The notes below the pieces were generated by a model. That model had not been told where the DNA came from. It searched no databases and was given only the letters and a program-made list of their open reading frames with translations. Of a stretch of 64,000 nt of DNA, positions 44,201 through 56,228 are shown piece after piece (the stretch's first letter is position 1; every line of letters starts with the position of its first letter). The stretch lies in assembly GCA_008632985.1 (NCBI GenBank), contig QPGO01000134.1, forward strand, positions 124,001 through 188,000, written 5' to 3'. Both the position numbers and the translations under genes were made by a program. The DNA comes from Psammoneis japonica. Its lineage: Eukaryota.

Positions 44201-44857
44201 TTATTGCTTTGATAGAATATCTGGTTTTTGGTATTGCGTCGTTCCGGTCTTTTCATTGAAATAGTACGTTTCTCCATTTCCTAAATTGGTCACGGACGAC
44301 CATTCCGACGGCTTGCCGCTCTTGGGTGGGGTGGTGCTGGCCAAATTTTTAAAGGGCAACTTTGGAATGAGCGGGGACGCGACCCGCACCGTGGCCACAC
44401 CCGCCTTGTCGGCGGCAATGTCGACATCCAAATGAGTCCCAATGGCACCATTGACATCAAATTCCAAATGCCCGCCCGTCGCAACCGCCTTGACAGCCGA
44501 TACCTTGTCCTTGGGAGATGTAATTGTGACGGATGGTTTGGCAACCGACTCGTCGGGGACTTTGGTGTAGGTACCCGACAAGAGATTTCCAAGGACGGGA
44601 AGGTCGCTAATGGCGAGTTTTACCGTGGTGGGTGGGAGTGTATCCAACGAGATTTGAGCCGCTGTGCTGCTCGACTCGGCGTGAACGGGCGACGTGTTGA
44701 GTGCCAATGCAAGAAATGCAGTGGCGGCAACCTTTCCAGCGGTGGCACCAACTTTTTCAGCAAGCGGCTGTTGGATCAACGATTTGGTACGATGATTCGA
44801 AGGAGTATACGCCGAAACAACCGCAATAATGCTAAGGAACGACAACAGACGCATCAT
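44201..44857 (-). CDS. Putative plastid/thylakoid-lumen-targeted protein with a C-terminal WW-like domain
   Basis: Signal peptide (VVSA-YTP), second hydrophobic segment ending PVHA, C-terminal EWSSV...GETYYFNEKTGTTQYQKP. Confidence 0.7.
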   Translation of the reverse strand: MMRLLSFLSIIAVVSAYTPSNHRTKSLIQQPLAEKVGATAGKVAATAFLALALNTSPVHAESSSTAAQISLDTLPPTTVKLAISDLPVLGNLLSGTYTKVPDESVAKPSVTITSPKDKVSAVKAVATGGHLEFDVNGAIGTHLDVDIAADKAGVATVRVASPLIPKLPFKNLASTTPPKSGKPSEWSSVTNLGNGETYYFNEKTGTTQYQKPDILSKQ

Positions 44858-45102
44858 GGTGAATAATTCAAAAACTGCCTTGCCGAATGGCGATCTTTGT
44901 GTTGAAGAGAGAACTGAATCGGAATGCAAAAGCTCCCTCCGACGGACGTTTCCATCTCGCGCGAAACACGTCATCGCGTCTTTTATGATTTAGGCGCATG
45001 AGACCTTTCTTCTGACTCATTCGATCGATCTTTCGCGCGAGTACCCGCGCGCTCACACAGTTGGCAGGTGCCTTGTGCCTTTCTGCAAAAACAATTCTCA
45101 CC

Positions 45103-46261
45103 ATGGCCGATGCAACGGAGCAGGAGGAGAACAAGTCAGAAGAGGCCTCGTCGTCCAAGGGAGTTGCTTCACTGGTGGCAGGCTTGTTGGGTGGAGTTAC
45201 AAGTACGGTACTGTTGTATCCATTGGATTTAGTCAAGGTCCGACTCCAAGTGAATGAAGAGCCGCGTCGTCGACGAACAAAAGGATCGTCGCTGAACGCA
45301 GCAGGATCCAATCATAGGCCGCCATCGGCATTACGAGTCCTTCGTGGAGTGGTTCGTCATGAGGGATTGAGTGGCTTGTATCAGGGTCTTGTACCTGCCA
45401 TGATGGGCTCTTCCATATCATGGGGTGGTTACTTTTTCTTTTACGATGGAATCAAACGAGAAATGATCAAGCACAAAAAGCAGCACCATAAAGTTGTTGT
45501 TCTCGGTCCCATGGAAAATTTCTCGGCAGCTTGCGCCGCAGGAGCCATCATGGTGCTCTTTACCAATCCACTATGGCTCATCAAGACTCGAATGCAATTG
45601 CAAATGACACAGACAGCCAAGACAATGAAGAACAGCAAGGCGCCTTATGCAAACCTTTGGGATGCCGCTCGGACCATTGTACGAGAAGAAGGGCCACTGG
45701 CGCTGTACAAGGGATCCGTACCGGCGCTTATGCTTGTGTCGCATGGAGGAGTTCAATTTGTAGCCTATGAGTTTTTGAGACACGAATTTCATATATCGGT
45801 CAACCAAAACACGGCGTCCATGCAGAGACAAAAGCATCTTTCGATTACGGAGCGATTCCGCATGTCACTTGGTATCTCACGATTGGAGCGCTTTCCAAAA
45901 TGTAAGTACGTCGTGATTTTCGTTCTTGAATGTTGTTCTCTTGTTTACCTTTGTAGACTCAAACCCTTCTTCCCTCTTGTATTCATGACAAAATAGCATT
46001 GCCACTACAGCCACATATCCCATTCAGGTTGTCAAGTCTCGATTGCAACAACGATCGGAATCACTAGAGTTGACGTCTTCGGGAAGTGTACGAGTCGTCA
46101 AACGAGAATATTCCGGCGTCATCAATTGTGTACAGCGGATATGGCTCAAGGAGGGAGTCTTTGGTTTTTTCAAGGGATGCATTCCCAATGCTATTCGTGT
46201 CGCGCCGGGGTCGGCAGTCACCTTTGTCGTGTACGAATCCGTCATGGATGCGCTTTCCTAG
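45103..46261 (+). CDS. Mitochondrial carrier, folate/FAD transporter (SLC25A32-like; intron 45902-45996; apparent 1-bp deletion near 45872)
   Basis: Three carrier signatures YPLDLVKVRLQ, NPLWLIKTRMQ and YPIQVVKSRLQ; SWGGYFFFY; VSHGGVQFVAYE. Confidence 0.9.
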
Positions 46262-46412
46262 AGAGTAACAATAGAATTCAAATAATAGAGAGTGATACTA
46301 TAGTGATCTAAATGCATTTATCGTTGTGTAAACATGCATATGTATTGAGTATATTGCCATCCTTCCGACTCTAGTTCGTGCTTGTGTATTGAATATTGCC
46401 ATCCTTCCGACT

Positions 46413-48262
46413 CTAGTTCACCTTGGCCAAGGCTTGCTCCAAATCGTCAATGATATCATCCACACTCTCTAGCCCAATGCTGAGACGCACCAATTCGGGT
46501 AGCACTCCTGCCGCAAGCTGCTGTTCCTTGTGCAACTGGGAATGCGTCGTGGTGGCTGGATGAATGGCAAGGGACCGTGCATCTCCCACGTTTGCCACGT
46601 GCGAAAATAAACCGAGAGAGTCGATAAACTCTTGTCCGGCCTTGTGGGCATCTTCCGACTTGATCCCAAACACAACCATGGCACCACCCTTGCCGTTGAG
46701 GTACTTTTGGGCCTTTTCGAACTGCGAGTCGGTTTTCAATCCGGGATAGCGAACCCAAGAAACCTTGGGGTGGTTGTTTAGATACTCGGCAACCGTGTGG
46801 GCCGATTCGCAGTGGCGTTCCATTCGGAGGCTCAAGGTTTCAATTCCCTGAACAATCATCCACGCATTGTCGGGCGACATGCATCCACCTAGGTTCCTCA
46901 ATGGAACAGTCAGAGCCCGGAGCTTGAAGGCGAGAGGCGCCAGTTCGGGTGGCAAGTCGTGCCCCCAGCGTAGCCCATTCTCTCCGCCGTACGAAGTATC
47001 CGGAATATCGTAGAGAGGATGCTTTCCGCCCTTCCAATTAAATCCTCCCTTGTCCACAATGATACCACCAACACAACTACCGTGTCCTCCAATCCACTTG
47101 GTACACGAGTTGGCTAGAATATCCGCTCCATGATCAAAAGGGCGACAGAGGTAGGGAGTAGAAAATGTCGAGTCGGCAATCAGAGGCAGTCCCAAGGCGT
47201 GGGCATTGTTAGCAATCTCTTCAATGTCAAAGATCTCGAGCGACGGATTCGACACGGATTCACAAAAGAAAGCACGAGTCTTTTCATCAGCCGCCTTGGA
47301 AAAGTTTTTTGGATCACTTCCGTCGACAAAGCGCACTTCAATGCCCATGTCTGGAAGAATGTCGTTAAACATGCTGCGTAAAAAGATGAGGACAGAGCGG
47401 TCAGAGAAGTTAGCGTAGCTCCGGAAGTATACAGAGCAAAAGGATCCAACACGCGATAACGATAGTATACTTACGTATAGGTACCACCATAGAGAGCCGA
47501 AGCCGAAACAATATTGTCACCCTTGGAAGCAAGATTGATGACGGAATAAAAGATTGCGTTGGTGCCCGAAGCAACAGCCAGTCCAGAAAGAGGATGACCA
47601 CCCTCCAGCTGAGCATAACGCGACTCCAAGACATGGTTGGTAGGGTTCATGATGCGTGAATAAATATTTCCAAGCTCCTTGAGCGCAAACAAGTTGGCAG
47701 CGTGCTGGGTATCTTTAAAGACAAAAGGTGTCGTGCGGTACACGGGAACGCCCCTTGGAGCACCCTTTCCCAAGCCCAATGGTACATTTGGATCTGGCTC
47801 GTATCCTCCGTGCAAGGCAATCGTATCAAAGCCTTTCTTCTTTGCGACAATTGCGGTTTCGTTCTCCTCCTTTTTCTCCTCGACAATTGCGGTTTCGTTC
47901 TCTTTTTTCTTTTCTTCAGAATGCTCCTTTTCTTGCGTGTGCTTCTTCTTCTTTAAGTGTTTCTTGTTCTTCCTAGCAACAGCATCGGAGCTCTTGGATT
48001 TGGTTTTCGTAATGGGTTGCTTTGTTTTTTGAGAGATTGAGATTTGTGCAACAAGCTGTGGCGAGTCGTCCATCACCATTTCATTCTCTTCCTTCTTTTC
48101 TTCAGAATGATCAGTTTCTTTCGTGGGAAAGGCGGGTGGTTTATCGTCAAAGGCGTCGCGAGGATCTTCCTGTAGAGCAGTACCGAGGCCGCAGCCAAGT
48201 TTCTTTGAGAGTTTCTTGTACTTCATAGCAACAGTATCGGAGCTCTTGGATTCGGTCTTCAT
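46413..48262 (-). CDS. MET17: O-acetylhomoserine (thiol)-lyase / homocysteine synthase (intron 47374-47474)
   Basis: [29 protein letters not shown] lysine motif [41 protein letters not shown]. Start codon uncertain. Confidence 0.93.
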
Positions 48263-48592
48263 GATGAGATGTTTTTTGTTTTTGTGAGATTTCGAGATTT
48301 GTGAGATGAGTTGTGGAGAAACGTGATGAGATCGCGCGAAAAATGCTTTGACACCGATTGATGAGCTCAGTAGTAAGCCACGTAGAATCCTACGGGACCT
48401 TCGGAACACCCAAGAAAAGGGTGATTAAGAAATCCTTCACAATGCACATCACTCGTATCGAAACGGATCTGTTGAAAAACTGTCGTTGATTCTTCGTGGC
48501 AGAGATGACTCCAACCACAAAAAGTAGACCACAATATGAGCTCGGAGCCTCTTGTTTATTTCTTAAAGTTAACTTGTTACAAGATGTAGTTC

Positions 48593-50122
48593 TTAATCGG
48601 CTTTGCCCTTTTTCTTTCTCTTGTCACGGGATGCCGGGGCGGCCTCCTTCGTTTTGGCCTTCTTCTTGTCATTTGACAGTTTGTCACGAACCGCGTTGCT
48701 TGCAAATTGTGCAATGCTTCCAATAATGAGCAGCGGTACAAACATGGCCAACTTATCAAAGTACGTTGAACCAAGATTGACATCAAACTTTTCAATCAAC
48801 AAATCGTGGACACTACAAACAAACTGAGGAAGCTTCCCACCAAATGGGAGGGCCACAAAGGGCAAAATGATGCGTCGGGTGGGACTCAATGGTACGAAAA
48901 AGACGTGCTTTTGCGCAATATACGTGTCGTAGTCCGTGCCCGGAGGCAGAAACGCGTGAAGGGACGTACTGTCGAGACGGTGTATCTGATCATTGTCCCG
49001 ATCGTGGACTGTATTGTGGTGAACGACCGCCAGTCCCTTTCGTGGAGCTACCTTGACTGGATCTCCGTTGGAAATGGAGGGATACACAATCTCTGGACCA
49101 CCGTCTTGTAGAAAAATGGTGACTGTGGCCATCATGGAATGCTTTGGATGAGAATCATAGTGCGGTCCCCAACTGGATTTGGCATCAAACTTTGAAATAA
49201 CAAAGTCGCTGTAGTGATCTACTGGAAATCCAGTCACTTGTTCAATACGTTCATCCACTTCCTTGTTGCTACGGGTTTTCAATGCTCCCTTCCACAAGAG
49301 GACTCGTTCGACATTTGTAGCCTTGGTCCCGTCTTCCAATAGCTGCAACAAGTCGGGATCTTCCACCGGTGATACCTTTGATTTGGCTGTATTAACTAGT
49401 TGATCACATTCTTCTTCACTCAGCAGGTTATGAATAAGGTAGAGCGTAGGGTCGGCAGGCTCGACATCTTCAAAAAACGGCCTGTCCTGAGTCGCATACA
49501 TGCGCAAACGTTCCGGCATGCCATTATTGACAATCTCGGACGGTTTCATATCGGGCGTGACGGTTGCGGTTGTTAATACATTGGCAGAATTTAAGGAAAT
49601 CATCACAACGGGAATGTCAATGACATCTGTATCTGCATCGGCGGGTAGACTAAAAATGTCGTCGGGATGATCCTCGTCAATATTCACCACACAGAGAGCA
49701 GCCGCACCACTTTTCTTGGCAAGTCTCGCCATTTCGGCACCCGTCAAGCCTTCAGATGACTTGAATGTCATGACTGCCATGTTTCCATGAATTTCATCTG
49801 CATTTTCCAACTCCTCCACCGCTTCTCCGGTTTCCTTGTCTTGACCGTTCAGTGGTGATGCCAATACGGGCTGACACTCCACTTCCATGAGAGCTGCTTG
49901 AGACGACTGAGGTCCAAATTGAGCCACAGATGCATCCAGAGCCGATATAATTGCGGAATGACCCCATTCCAAAACGGCTGCTTCCTCCGACGTTCGGCGA
50001 GGATAGACGCGGTATTCCAAGTCGTTTAAATTCGTTGTGCTTTTTGCAGCAGTCGCCGCCTCTACAGAGAGTAACAATAACATGACGGCTATCGCCCACA
50101 TGAAGTCGAATAAGACACCCAT
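48593..50122 (-). CDS. PA-domain plus prolyl 4-hydroxylase-like ER membrane protein
   Basis: Signal peptide; PA-like segment (AKKSGAAALCVVN..IDIPVVMIS); P4H-like PTLYLIHNLLSEEECDQL, PHYD, VAPRKGLAV and SLHA; C-terminal TM segment and dilysine tail. Confidence 0.75.
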   Translation of the reverse strand: MGVLFDFMWAIAVMLLLLSVEAATAAKSTTNLNDLEYRVYPRRTSEEAAVLEWGHSAIISALDASVAQFGPQSSQAALMEVECQPVLASPLNGQDKETGEAVEELENADEIHGNMAVMTFKSSEGLTGAEMARLAKKSGAAALCVVNIDEDHPDDIFSLPADADTDVIDIPVVMISLNSANVLTTATVTPDMKPSEIVNNGMPERLRMYATQDRPFFEDVEPADPTLYLIHNLLSEEECDQLVNTAKSKVSPVEDPDLLQLLEDGTKATNVERVLLWKGALKTRSNKEVDERIEQVTGFPVDHYSDFVISKFDAKSSWGPHYDSHPKHSMMATVTIFLQDGGPEIVYPSISNGDPVKVAPRKGLAVVHHNTVHDRDNDQIHRLDSTSLHAFLPPGTDYDTYIAQKHVFFVPLSPTRRIILPFVALPFGGKLPQFVCSVHDLLIEKFDVNLGSTYFDKLAMFVPLLIIGSIAQFASNAVRDKLSNDKKKAKTKEAAPASRDKRKKKGKAD

Positions 50123-50606
50123 CCTGTCTTAATCTTGTTGTTTAGAAAGAGAGAGGACCCCAGGATGGTGTGATGGCAACGTCAAGCACAAGTAGTCTAC
50201 AGGACCTTGCTGCTGCTTCCTTCGCATCTGCAGATAAAAAGTGAGGCGGATGAGGGAGGTGCGTGATGCCTGTAGCTTTTACGGGAAATTTGTACTGCAC
50301 CGAAATCTCCCTCCAGGTGGCAGGAGGTTGTTCCTTGAGGTTCCAACGGACCGCAGGCAGAACGGAGGCGGAGGAGTGAGTCCGATTTTGAACATCCTCT
50401 ACTTTGTAGCTACATTACTCTCTACTACTACTACTCTAGCTACTAGCTTAGAGAGAGTAGAGGAAGTCTACTAACTACTTTCAAACTTTATGACTGCAGT
50501 TGGCTTTCTCTCTGTAGAGTAAAGTAAAGTAAATGGCGAAAAAGCTACACGGTACCTTTTCGTCGTCAAAGGTAAGCGACATCCTTTTGAGGCTCACACC
50601 CATGTC

Positions 50607-51960
50607 TCAAAAGAAATTGAACGAACCTCCATCGCTTTCTTCTACAGCAATGGGAAGGACAGTCACATGGGCGGTTGGAATGGCAGAAACATCAAAGTCC
50701 TCAATTCGCAATTGCTTTCTTCCAGGGGTGTCGTTGTTGTATCGAGAGCCAAGACCCGTCGATTTCAAACCAGGCGACGAAGTCTTGGGTGCCACCTTTT
50801 TCTTGTCCTTTGCAAAACCAAGATAGGGAATATGAAATCGATCAAACAGACTTTCGTCATCACCGTCGTCATTATTTTTGTTGTGTCGCCAGGCATTGAA
50901 AGAAAAAGAAGAAGAAGAAGATTCTGGGCCACGAGTGTACTCTCTCACAGCTTCTCCAGGAGGTGGAGGCGGGGGTGGAGGTGGATTTGACTGTCGAAAG
51001 ATATCGTCTCTGTCAACAGATTCCGATGGACTGGCCAAAGACAAAAGATTGTCTAGGCCCGGAGACGACGCTCGCCTTTTCAAAGCAGGAGGCGACGACC
51101 TCTGTCGCCAGTCTTCCTCTGGAACCAATTCCGCATCTGTACTACCCACCAAGGATGGTGAAGGAACACTAACCAACGAGTCACTGACAGTAGATGCATC
51201 GCCCTGATTGATTTCAAACGGATCAAACTCGGTTTGAATCGATTGATGACTTGTCGTCGTTTCAAATGGATCAATTGGAGGCTGGCTCTGACTTGTTGTC
51301 TCGTATGGAACAAACTCTGGCTGAAAAATGTGAGGCTGGCTCTGACTTGTTGTCTCGTATGGATCAAACTCTGGCTGAATGTGAGACTGGCTCTGACTTG
51401 TCGTCGTCTCGTATGGATCAAACTCTGGCTGAACACGAGGCTTGCTCCGACTTGTCGTCGTCGTTTCATGGCCCGAAACCAAATCAGAAGAAGCCTTTAC
51501 AGAATATAGATATCGCTGAGAAGAAACAGGAGACCAAACCGATGTATCATCGTCGTACCGCAGAGAAGGCGGCAAAAGACGTGCATTTCGAGAGGAAAAC
51601 CTCTTGCTAAGCCCACGCTTCAACTCCACGCTTTCTCCTTCTTCTTCCACCGTCGCTTTAGAAGCAAGTGTACCAGTCCGAAGGGTCGTGTCGGAATCGG
51701 ATGAAAAAGACATACCAATGTCATGGGACGGTATGGGCGCCATGGATAGGTTTTGCCTTCTTTGATCAATTCGCTGTGGAAAAGAGTCGTGTTCCTCAAA
51801 ATGAGGAACATACACAGCGGCTCTCCATCGCTGATCCTCATCCTCGTGACATTGACCTCCCATTTCCACTTCACACGATCCGTCATTGGTCGTTACGGAA
51901 AAACAAGAAGTGCTCGTCTGCGGTTGCAATGGTCTCGGTTGATGACGACGACGCATTTCG
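50607..51960 (-). CDS. Low-complexity Ser/Thr/Pro-rich hypothetical protein, or tail of the upstream thioesterase
   Basis: Long open frame with tandem QPEFDPYETT repeats and a polyproline run. Start not resolved. Confidence 0.5.
51210..51465 (-). repeat. Coding minisatellite, about five units of 39-54 bp (QPEFDP(Y/F)ETTS)
   Basis: Repeated GACTTGT(C/T)GTCTCGTATGGATCAAACTCTGGCTGAA on the plus strand. Confidence 0.85.
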
Positions 51961-53078
51961 GAGGAGGATGCTCTCCAATGCAACAAACCTTCCGAAATGA
52001 CACGACCTCCGTGTGGTTCCGACATGGTACGTGCGAGAAGCACCACACGAGTCTTGACGTAAAACTCATTGCAATTCAACACCTTGGCTCGAATCACAAC
52101 CGACGGTGTCGATGGAGACATGTTGGTAATGCTAATGGATTCGAGTTCCACGGTATAGCTGCCAAGGCATCCTTGGCAGTCTGTTCACCGACCAATTCCA
52201 TGAGTATGGCTTGGCAACCGCCCTGTGTATGTTGTTGTTGATCCGCACAAAAACAAGAAAGGTGAGCACATGTTTTCTTCAGAGCGATAGGAAAATCACC
52301 GCAACTTGAGGTGTTCGAAATACGTACGTGAAGATCTCTTCCATAACCGGCATGCGCAGGAGAAGCTACAAAGGTGGCTTGATGGAAACTCTGAAACTTC
52401 ACATTCTCAAACAATTCCCCGAGGGAATAGGTCTGTGGCGCGGGTTCGGATCCTGCAAACCTGGAATACAATCGTTGAAATGGTCGTGCTCCTCTATTCC
52501 ATAGGCTGGACCACAATCCCATTTTGAGGTATTTGACATGACCCCCAAAGGCCACGACGGTTTGATTTTGTTGCACCACTTTGGCCTTGACGAAACCGAG
52601 ATTTCGTCCTGTATTTTCGACCGTGGCAATGATATCACACGGCACGCCCGCTTGTATTTTGGGAGTCGACGTTCCAATCGCATTTCCCCATTCGGCGTGT
52701 AGATTGAGTGAGATACCAGGGCGCTTTTTGCCATGTGCCATCAAGGCCCACGTTGTGACTTCATCCAAGACGGCCAAGTAGGTTCCGAGAGACACCGATT
52801 CGCCGCCATGATCCAAACAAAGCCCCGGTGGTGGTACGTGATGAAAATCAATCGCTTGTGTCGTTTGCTCCGTGAATGGAAAAATGCTCCGGTAACAGAC
52901 GATCATAATTCAAAAAGAGGGCATGACTAAAGCCGGGAGATCGTTCGAAGAATTGATCTTGGGTGTGCAGGTAATCGAGCAACCGCAAAACGCGTCTGCT
53001 GTTGTGTTTTTTCTTCAAGAGCTTTTTCGTTTTGCGTTCGTCCTGTTGTAGAGGGACTATTGCTGTATGGTTATTCAT
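51961..53078 (-). CDS. Double hot-dog fold acyl-CoA thioesterase-like protein (intron near 52240-52326; frameshifts)
   Basis: LAVLDEVTTWAL, RPGISLNL, GRNLGF, VAFGGHVKY; second fold LH-GGCQAILME ... LESISIT ... VISEGLL. Confidence 0.65.
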
Positions 53079-53619
53079 CTGTTATACTTGTTGATATTAT
53101 AGTTGCTTGTCTTCATGTGAGTGCTTGTCGTGTTGTTTTGTTGCTCAAATAGATAGTTGTCTGTTGTTGTTATGAAAAGAAATGGAGCAATCCCGGAAGG
53201 TGTATTCTGGAACATGGTGCAAGTTGCAACCACGATGCGAAGCGCGGGGAACGAACAGCTCAGGTCTTGCCAAAAAGGCCCTTTCTGGCGAGCGGGGTGA
53301 ACATTTTTAATTATGGATAGTCATTGGTCGTTATGTGAGATAGAAAGTTTTATTTAATGATCCTTCTCTTCGTTCACGATCGGAGTCTTCACTTACTTAA
53401 CAAACAATGACCCGCCACTTCATTTCTCCGAAATCCGTATCATCCGCGAAAAAATAAACGCGATATCATCCGAGCTCCCGATTGTGCTGACGCAAGCACA
53501 CGGGAGCTTGACACCGTTGCAAATACCCGGATATAATCTGGTACTGATCTACGTAGAACTCACGTACCCGCCAAGCTCAATGACGACCGCACAAATAAAA
53601 ATTCAAGAGATTCTCCACC

Positions 53620-54446
53620 ATGGCTTCCCATCCCGATACGCTAGTTGACTGTTCCAAAGTGTACGTCAAGAAATCCAACTTTTCCAATGAGGAAACTGGA
53701 GATTTTGCCGGTGCTTTTGCGGCTGTGCCAATCAAGGAAGGTGAGAACAAAAATAGTTTTTGTCATACGTGCTTGCCCGTGTTGGAGGAGTTTGGAGAGA
53801 TTCCTAGAAACAACTGTGTTGCTGGCGAAAACACTGGGGCAAAAAGAAGAAGACCGTATGAAGTTTCTATGGTTGTGTATGAAAAAGTGACTTGTGATGG
53901 TGATACATGTTGTTTTGAGTCATGGAAACGAGGTGAAACCACGTCTTTCTCGTATGTATCGGCATGTTTTCTCGATATCTACTTTGCAATCAAGACTGTG
54001 AAATCATTCGAGTCGTGCGAATAGAATTGATTGACCTGCATGGAAGTTATGAATGGTTGTTTCATCATAACATGTTTTTCACTCACACCTTTCCTCATGA
54101 TGCTTCTTCTCTCGTTGTTTCTCCAGGAGAGTTGGTAGAAAAGGGCGTCATGCGCCGCTTGCCGGACGGCTTTGATGGCAACACGTGTCCTTATATTTTC
54201 ACGTGGTCCACGGAACGGCCCAACAAGACGTGGGGTATGGGTTCGGGATGTGCTCCCTTTTACAACACGTGCAAGGAGGGTACGGCCAATACCAAAATGG
54301 TGCGCTACTTTGACGAGGACCGATTCGAGATTTTTGCCACGCGAGACATTGCCAAGGACGAAGAGCTCTTGCACACGTATATTAGTCTCAAGTGGCGCAC
54401 GTGCTTTTCGGAACTTAATGAGATTGTTCACAAGGATGACAAGTAA
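53620..54446 (+). CDS. Small SET-domain protein (intron 53741-54126)
   Basis: GAFAAVPIKEG spliced to GELVE; G..PFYNT, FATRDIAKDEELLHTY. Confidence 0.85.
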
Positions 54447-54701
54447 AATACATACTGAATCCTTCTATGGAGCATACTGTAGTAGCGTAGCGTTAAGTTC
54501 TCGAATCCTGTTCTACTAGAGGTAGAGTCTAGATAGAGATTTGCTGTTTCCGCAAGACCTATTCAATCCTAATAGATGCATCATGAAGATGCGTTACAAC
54601 TGAGTTGTGATCGATATCCTTATACTTGAGTTATAAAGTAAAGCGCAGGCCCCATCTGCAAAACACTTAGCTGGGAGAGAGATTCATTCCTACAAGACCG
54701 T

Positions 54702-56228
54702 CTACGACTGGAATACATTCTCGCAGTTGGTTCGACAATAACCAGCCAGCCGCTTTCTTATCACCTCTCGGTCCGAGATCTCGTCGTCAGCAATGTCAAT
54801 CAGCTCCAACACACCATCTGGACAAGTGAGTTCCACAGCCGTGTAAAACTCGTTTTTGGCCGGTTCTCGCAGCGCATCCGCCTTGACAAAGTCACAATCG
54901 TCGCACTCCCACCACTTGTTGTTTCCCCACGGAGGGAACGGAACACAACTGACGTAGCGGCAATTCGGACACGGACTCGAGTCCTCATCCATGCCACCCA
55001 ACACGGCCGTTGTTACAATAATGAGAACGACACTCACAATCAAGCCGAAAAACTTGATAAAGAGATTCTTGAATTTGCCGCACCGTCCGGTATGAAGTCC
55101 GAAAAAGCCCAAGGACAAGCGTTCCATGGTGCTGACACCGCAGAGGAAACCATAAATCATACCGCCCAAATGAGTAAAATTGTCCACAAAGGGAGTAAGG
55201 CCGATCAATACATTGATAATGATATCAAATAACAGCCATCCCAGGACAGCCCACATGCGATGGTGTGTTCTGTTTCCATTCTCATCCTTGATAAAGAGCA
55301 AATTCCAATTGAGCGAGATATCGGCAATGCAGGCTCCAATCAACCCAAAGATACCTCCCGAAGCCCCAACACTAATGTACTGTGGCAAGAAAATCGCACT
55401 CAGAATGGTACCCCCAATGGCGGGAATAATGAAAATGATGGCAGTGCTCAAGAATCCATGACTGGTTTCCACGGCACCACCGATAAACCAAAGCGCAATC
55501 GAATTCAAAAGGTAATGAATAATACCAGCGTGCAACACCATTGGCGAGATGATTCGAAACCACTCATCCTCCGAGACAATCAAGGACGTCTGCTTGGCCC
55601 CCATCTTGATCAAGGTCTCTGCGCTCGGTCCAATCATGGGATTCACCGACGCCGGTTCCACCTTCCAGCCATTGACTCCAATCGATACAATCAACAACAC
55701 GGTGCATATGAAAAGCATCGTGTACGTAAAAAACGGCCGATTGACTCCCTTATCTCTTGACTTGTCAAAGTCATTCCAACTCAAATAGGGTTCATTGTGT
55801 TGTCTCCTCCACGCCGCATCCTCGGCCCATTCCAAATCGATTCGAATCGTGGCTAAAAAGTCATAAAGTCCCAAAATCCCCCACGGACGTTCATTGCCAT
55901 ACTTTTCTCGTCGCTTTTGTTGGGCAAACCGAAAATCACGAATGCGGCGTTCCAATGCGGGATGAATGTTGTGATTGTCTGTCAAATTGCCACGAGAGAC
56001 AACCTCGAGCAATTCGGCAATCGATTTGGCCTTGATTTCAGCAGTGGTTGTCGTTGCCTCGACCACTTCGAATTCGACACCGTTCCAATCGGAGCATTCA
56101 CTTGTATTGTCCGTTTCATCCTTAATGTCATATGCTTCATCCAAGGAAGCTGATTCGTTGATGGCTTGTTCATGGAGAGTGTCTCCGTTCTCCTTCCAAG
56201 CTTCCTCCTGGGGTTGCCACAAACTCAT
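54702..56228 (-). CDS. Rhomboid family intramembrane serine protease
   Basis: NPMIGPS, EWFRII, LHAGIIH..N, SVGASGGIFG (catalytic Ser), DNFTHLGG (catalytic His); Cys-rich C-terminus. Confidence 0.92.
   Translation of the reverse strand: MSLWQPQEEAWKENGDTLHEQAINESASLDEAYDIKDETDNTSECSDWNGVEFEVVEATTTTAEIKAKSIAELLEVVSRGNLTDNHNIHPALERRIRDFRFAQQKRREKYGNERPWGILGLYDFLATIRIDLEWAEDAAWRRQHNEPYLSWNDFDKSRDKGVNRPFFTYTMLFICTVLLIVSIGVNGWKVEPASVNPMIGPSAETLIKMGAKQTSLIVSEDEWFRIISPMVLHAGIIHYLLNSIALWFIGGAVETSHGFLSTAIIFIIPAIGGTILSAIFLPQYISVGASGGIFGLIGACIADISLNWNLLFIKDENGNRTHHRMWAVLGWLLFDIIINVLIGLTPFVDNFTHLGGMIYGFLCGVSTMERLSLGFFGLHTGRCGKFKNLFIKFFGLIVSVVLIIVTTAVLGGMDEDSSPCPNCRYVSCVPFPPWGNNKWWECDDCDFVKADALREPAKNEFYTAVELTCPDGVLELIDIADDEISDREVIRKRLAGYCRTNCENVFQS

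Noticed and set aside
46341..46419. Direct repeat of about 35 bp covering the MET17 stop codon
   Set aside because: A small local tandem duplication in a 3' region with no further structure.
51210..51465. Spaced repeats resembling a CRISPR array
   Set aside because: Units are in-frame multiples of three within an ORF, with no unique spacers and no cas genes, in a eukaryotic context.
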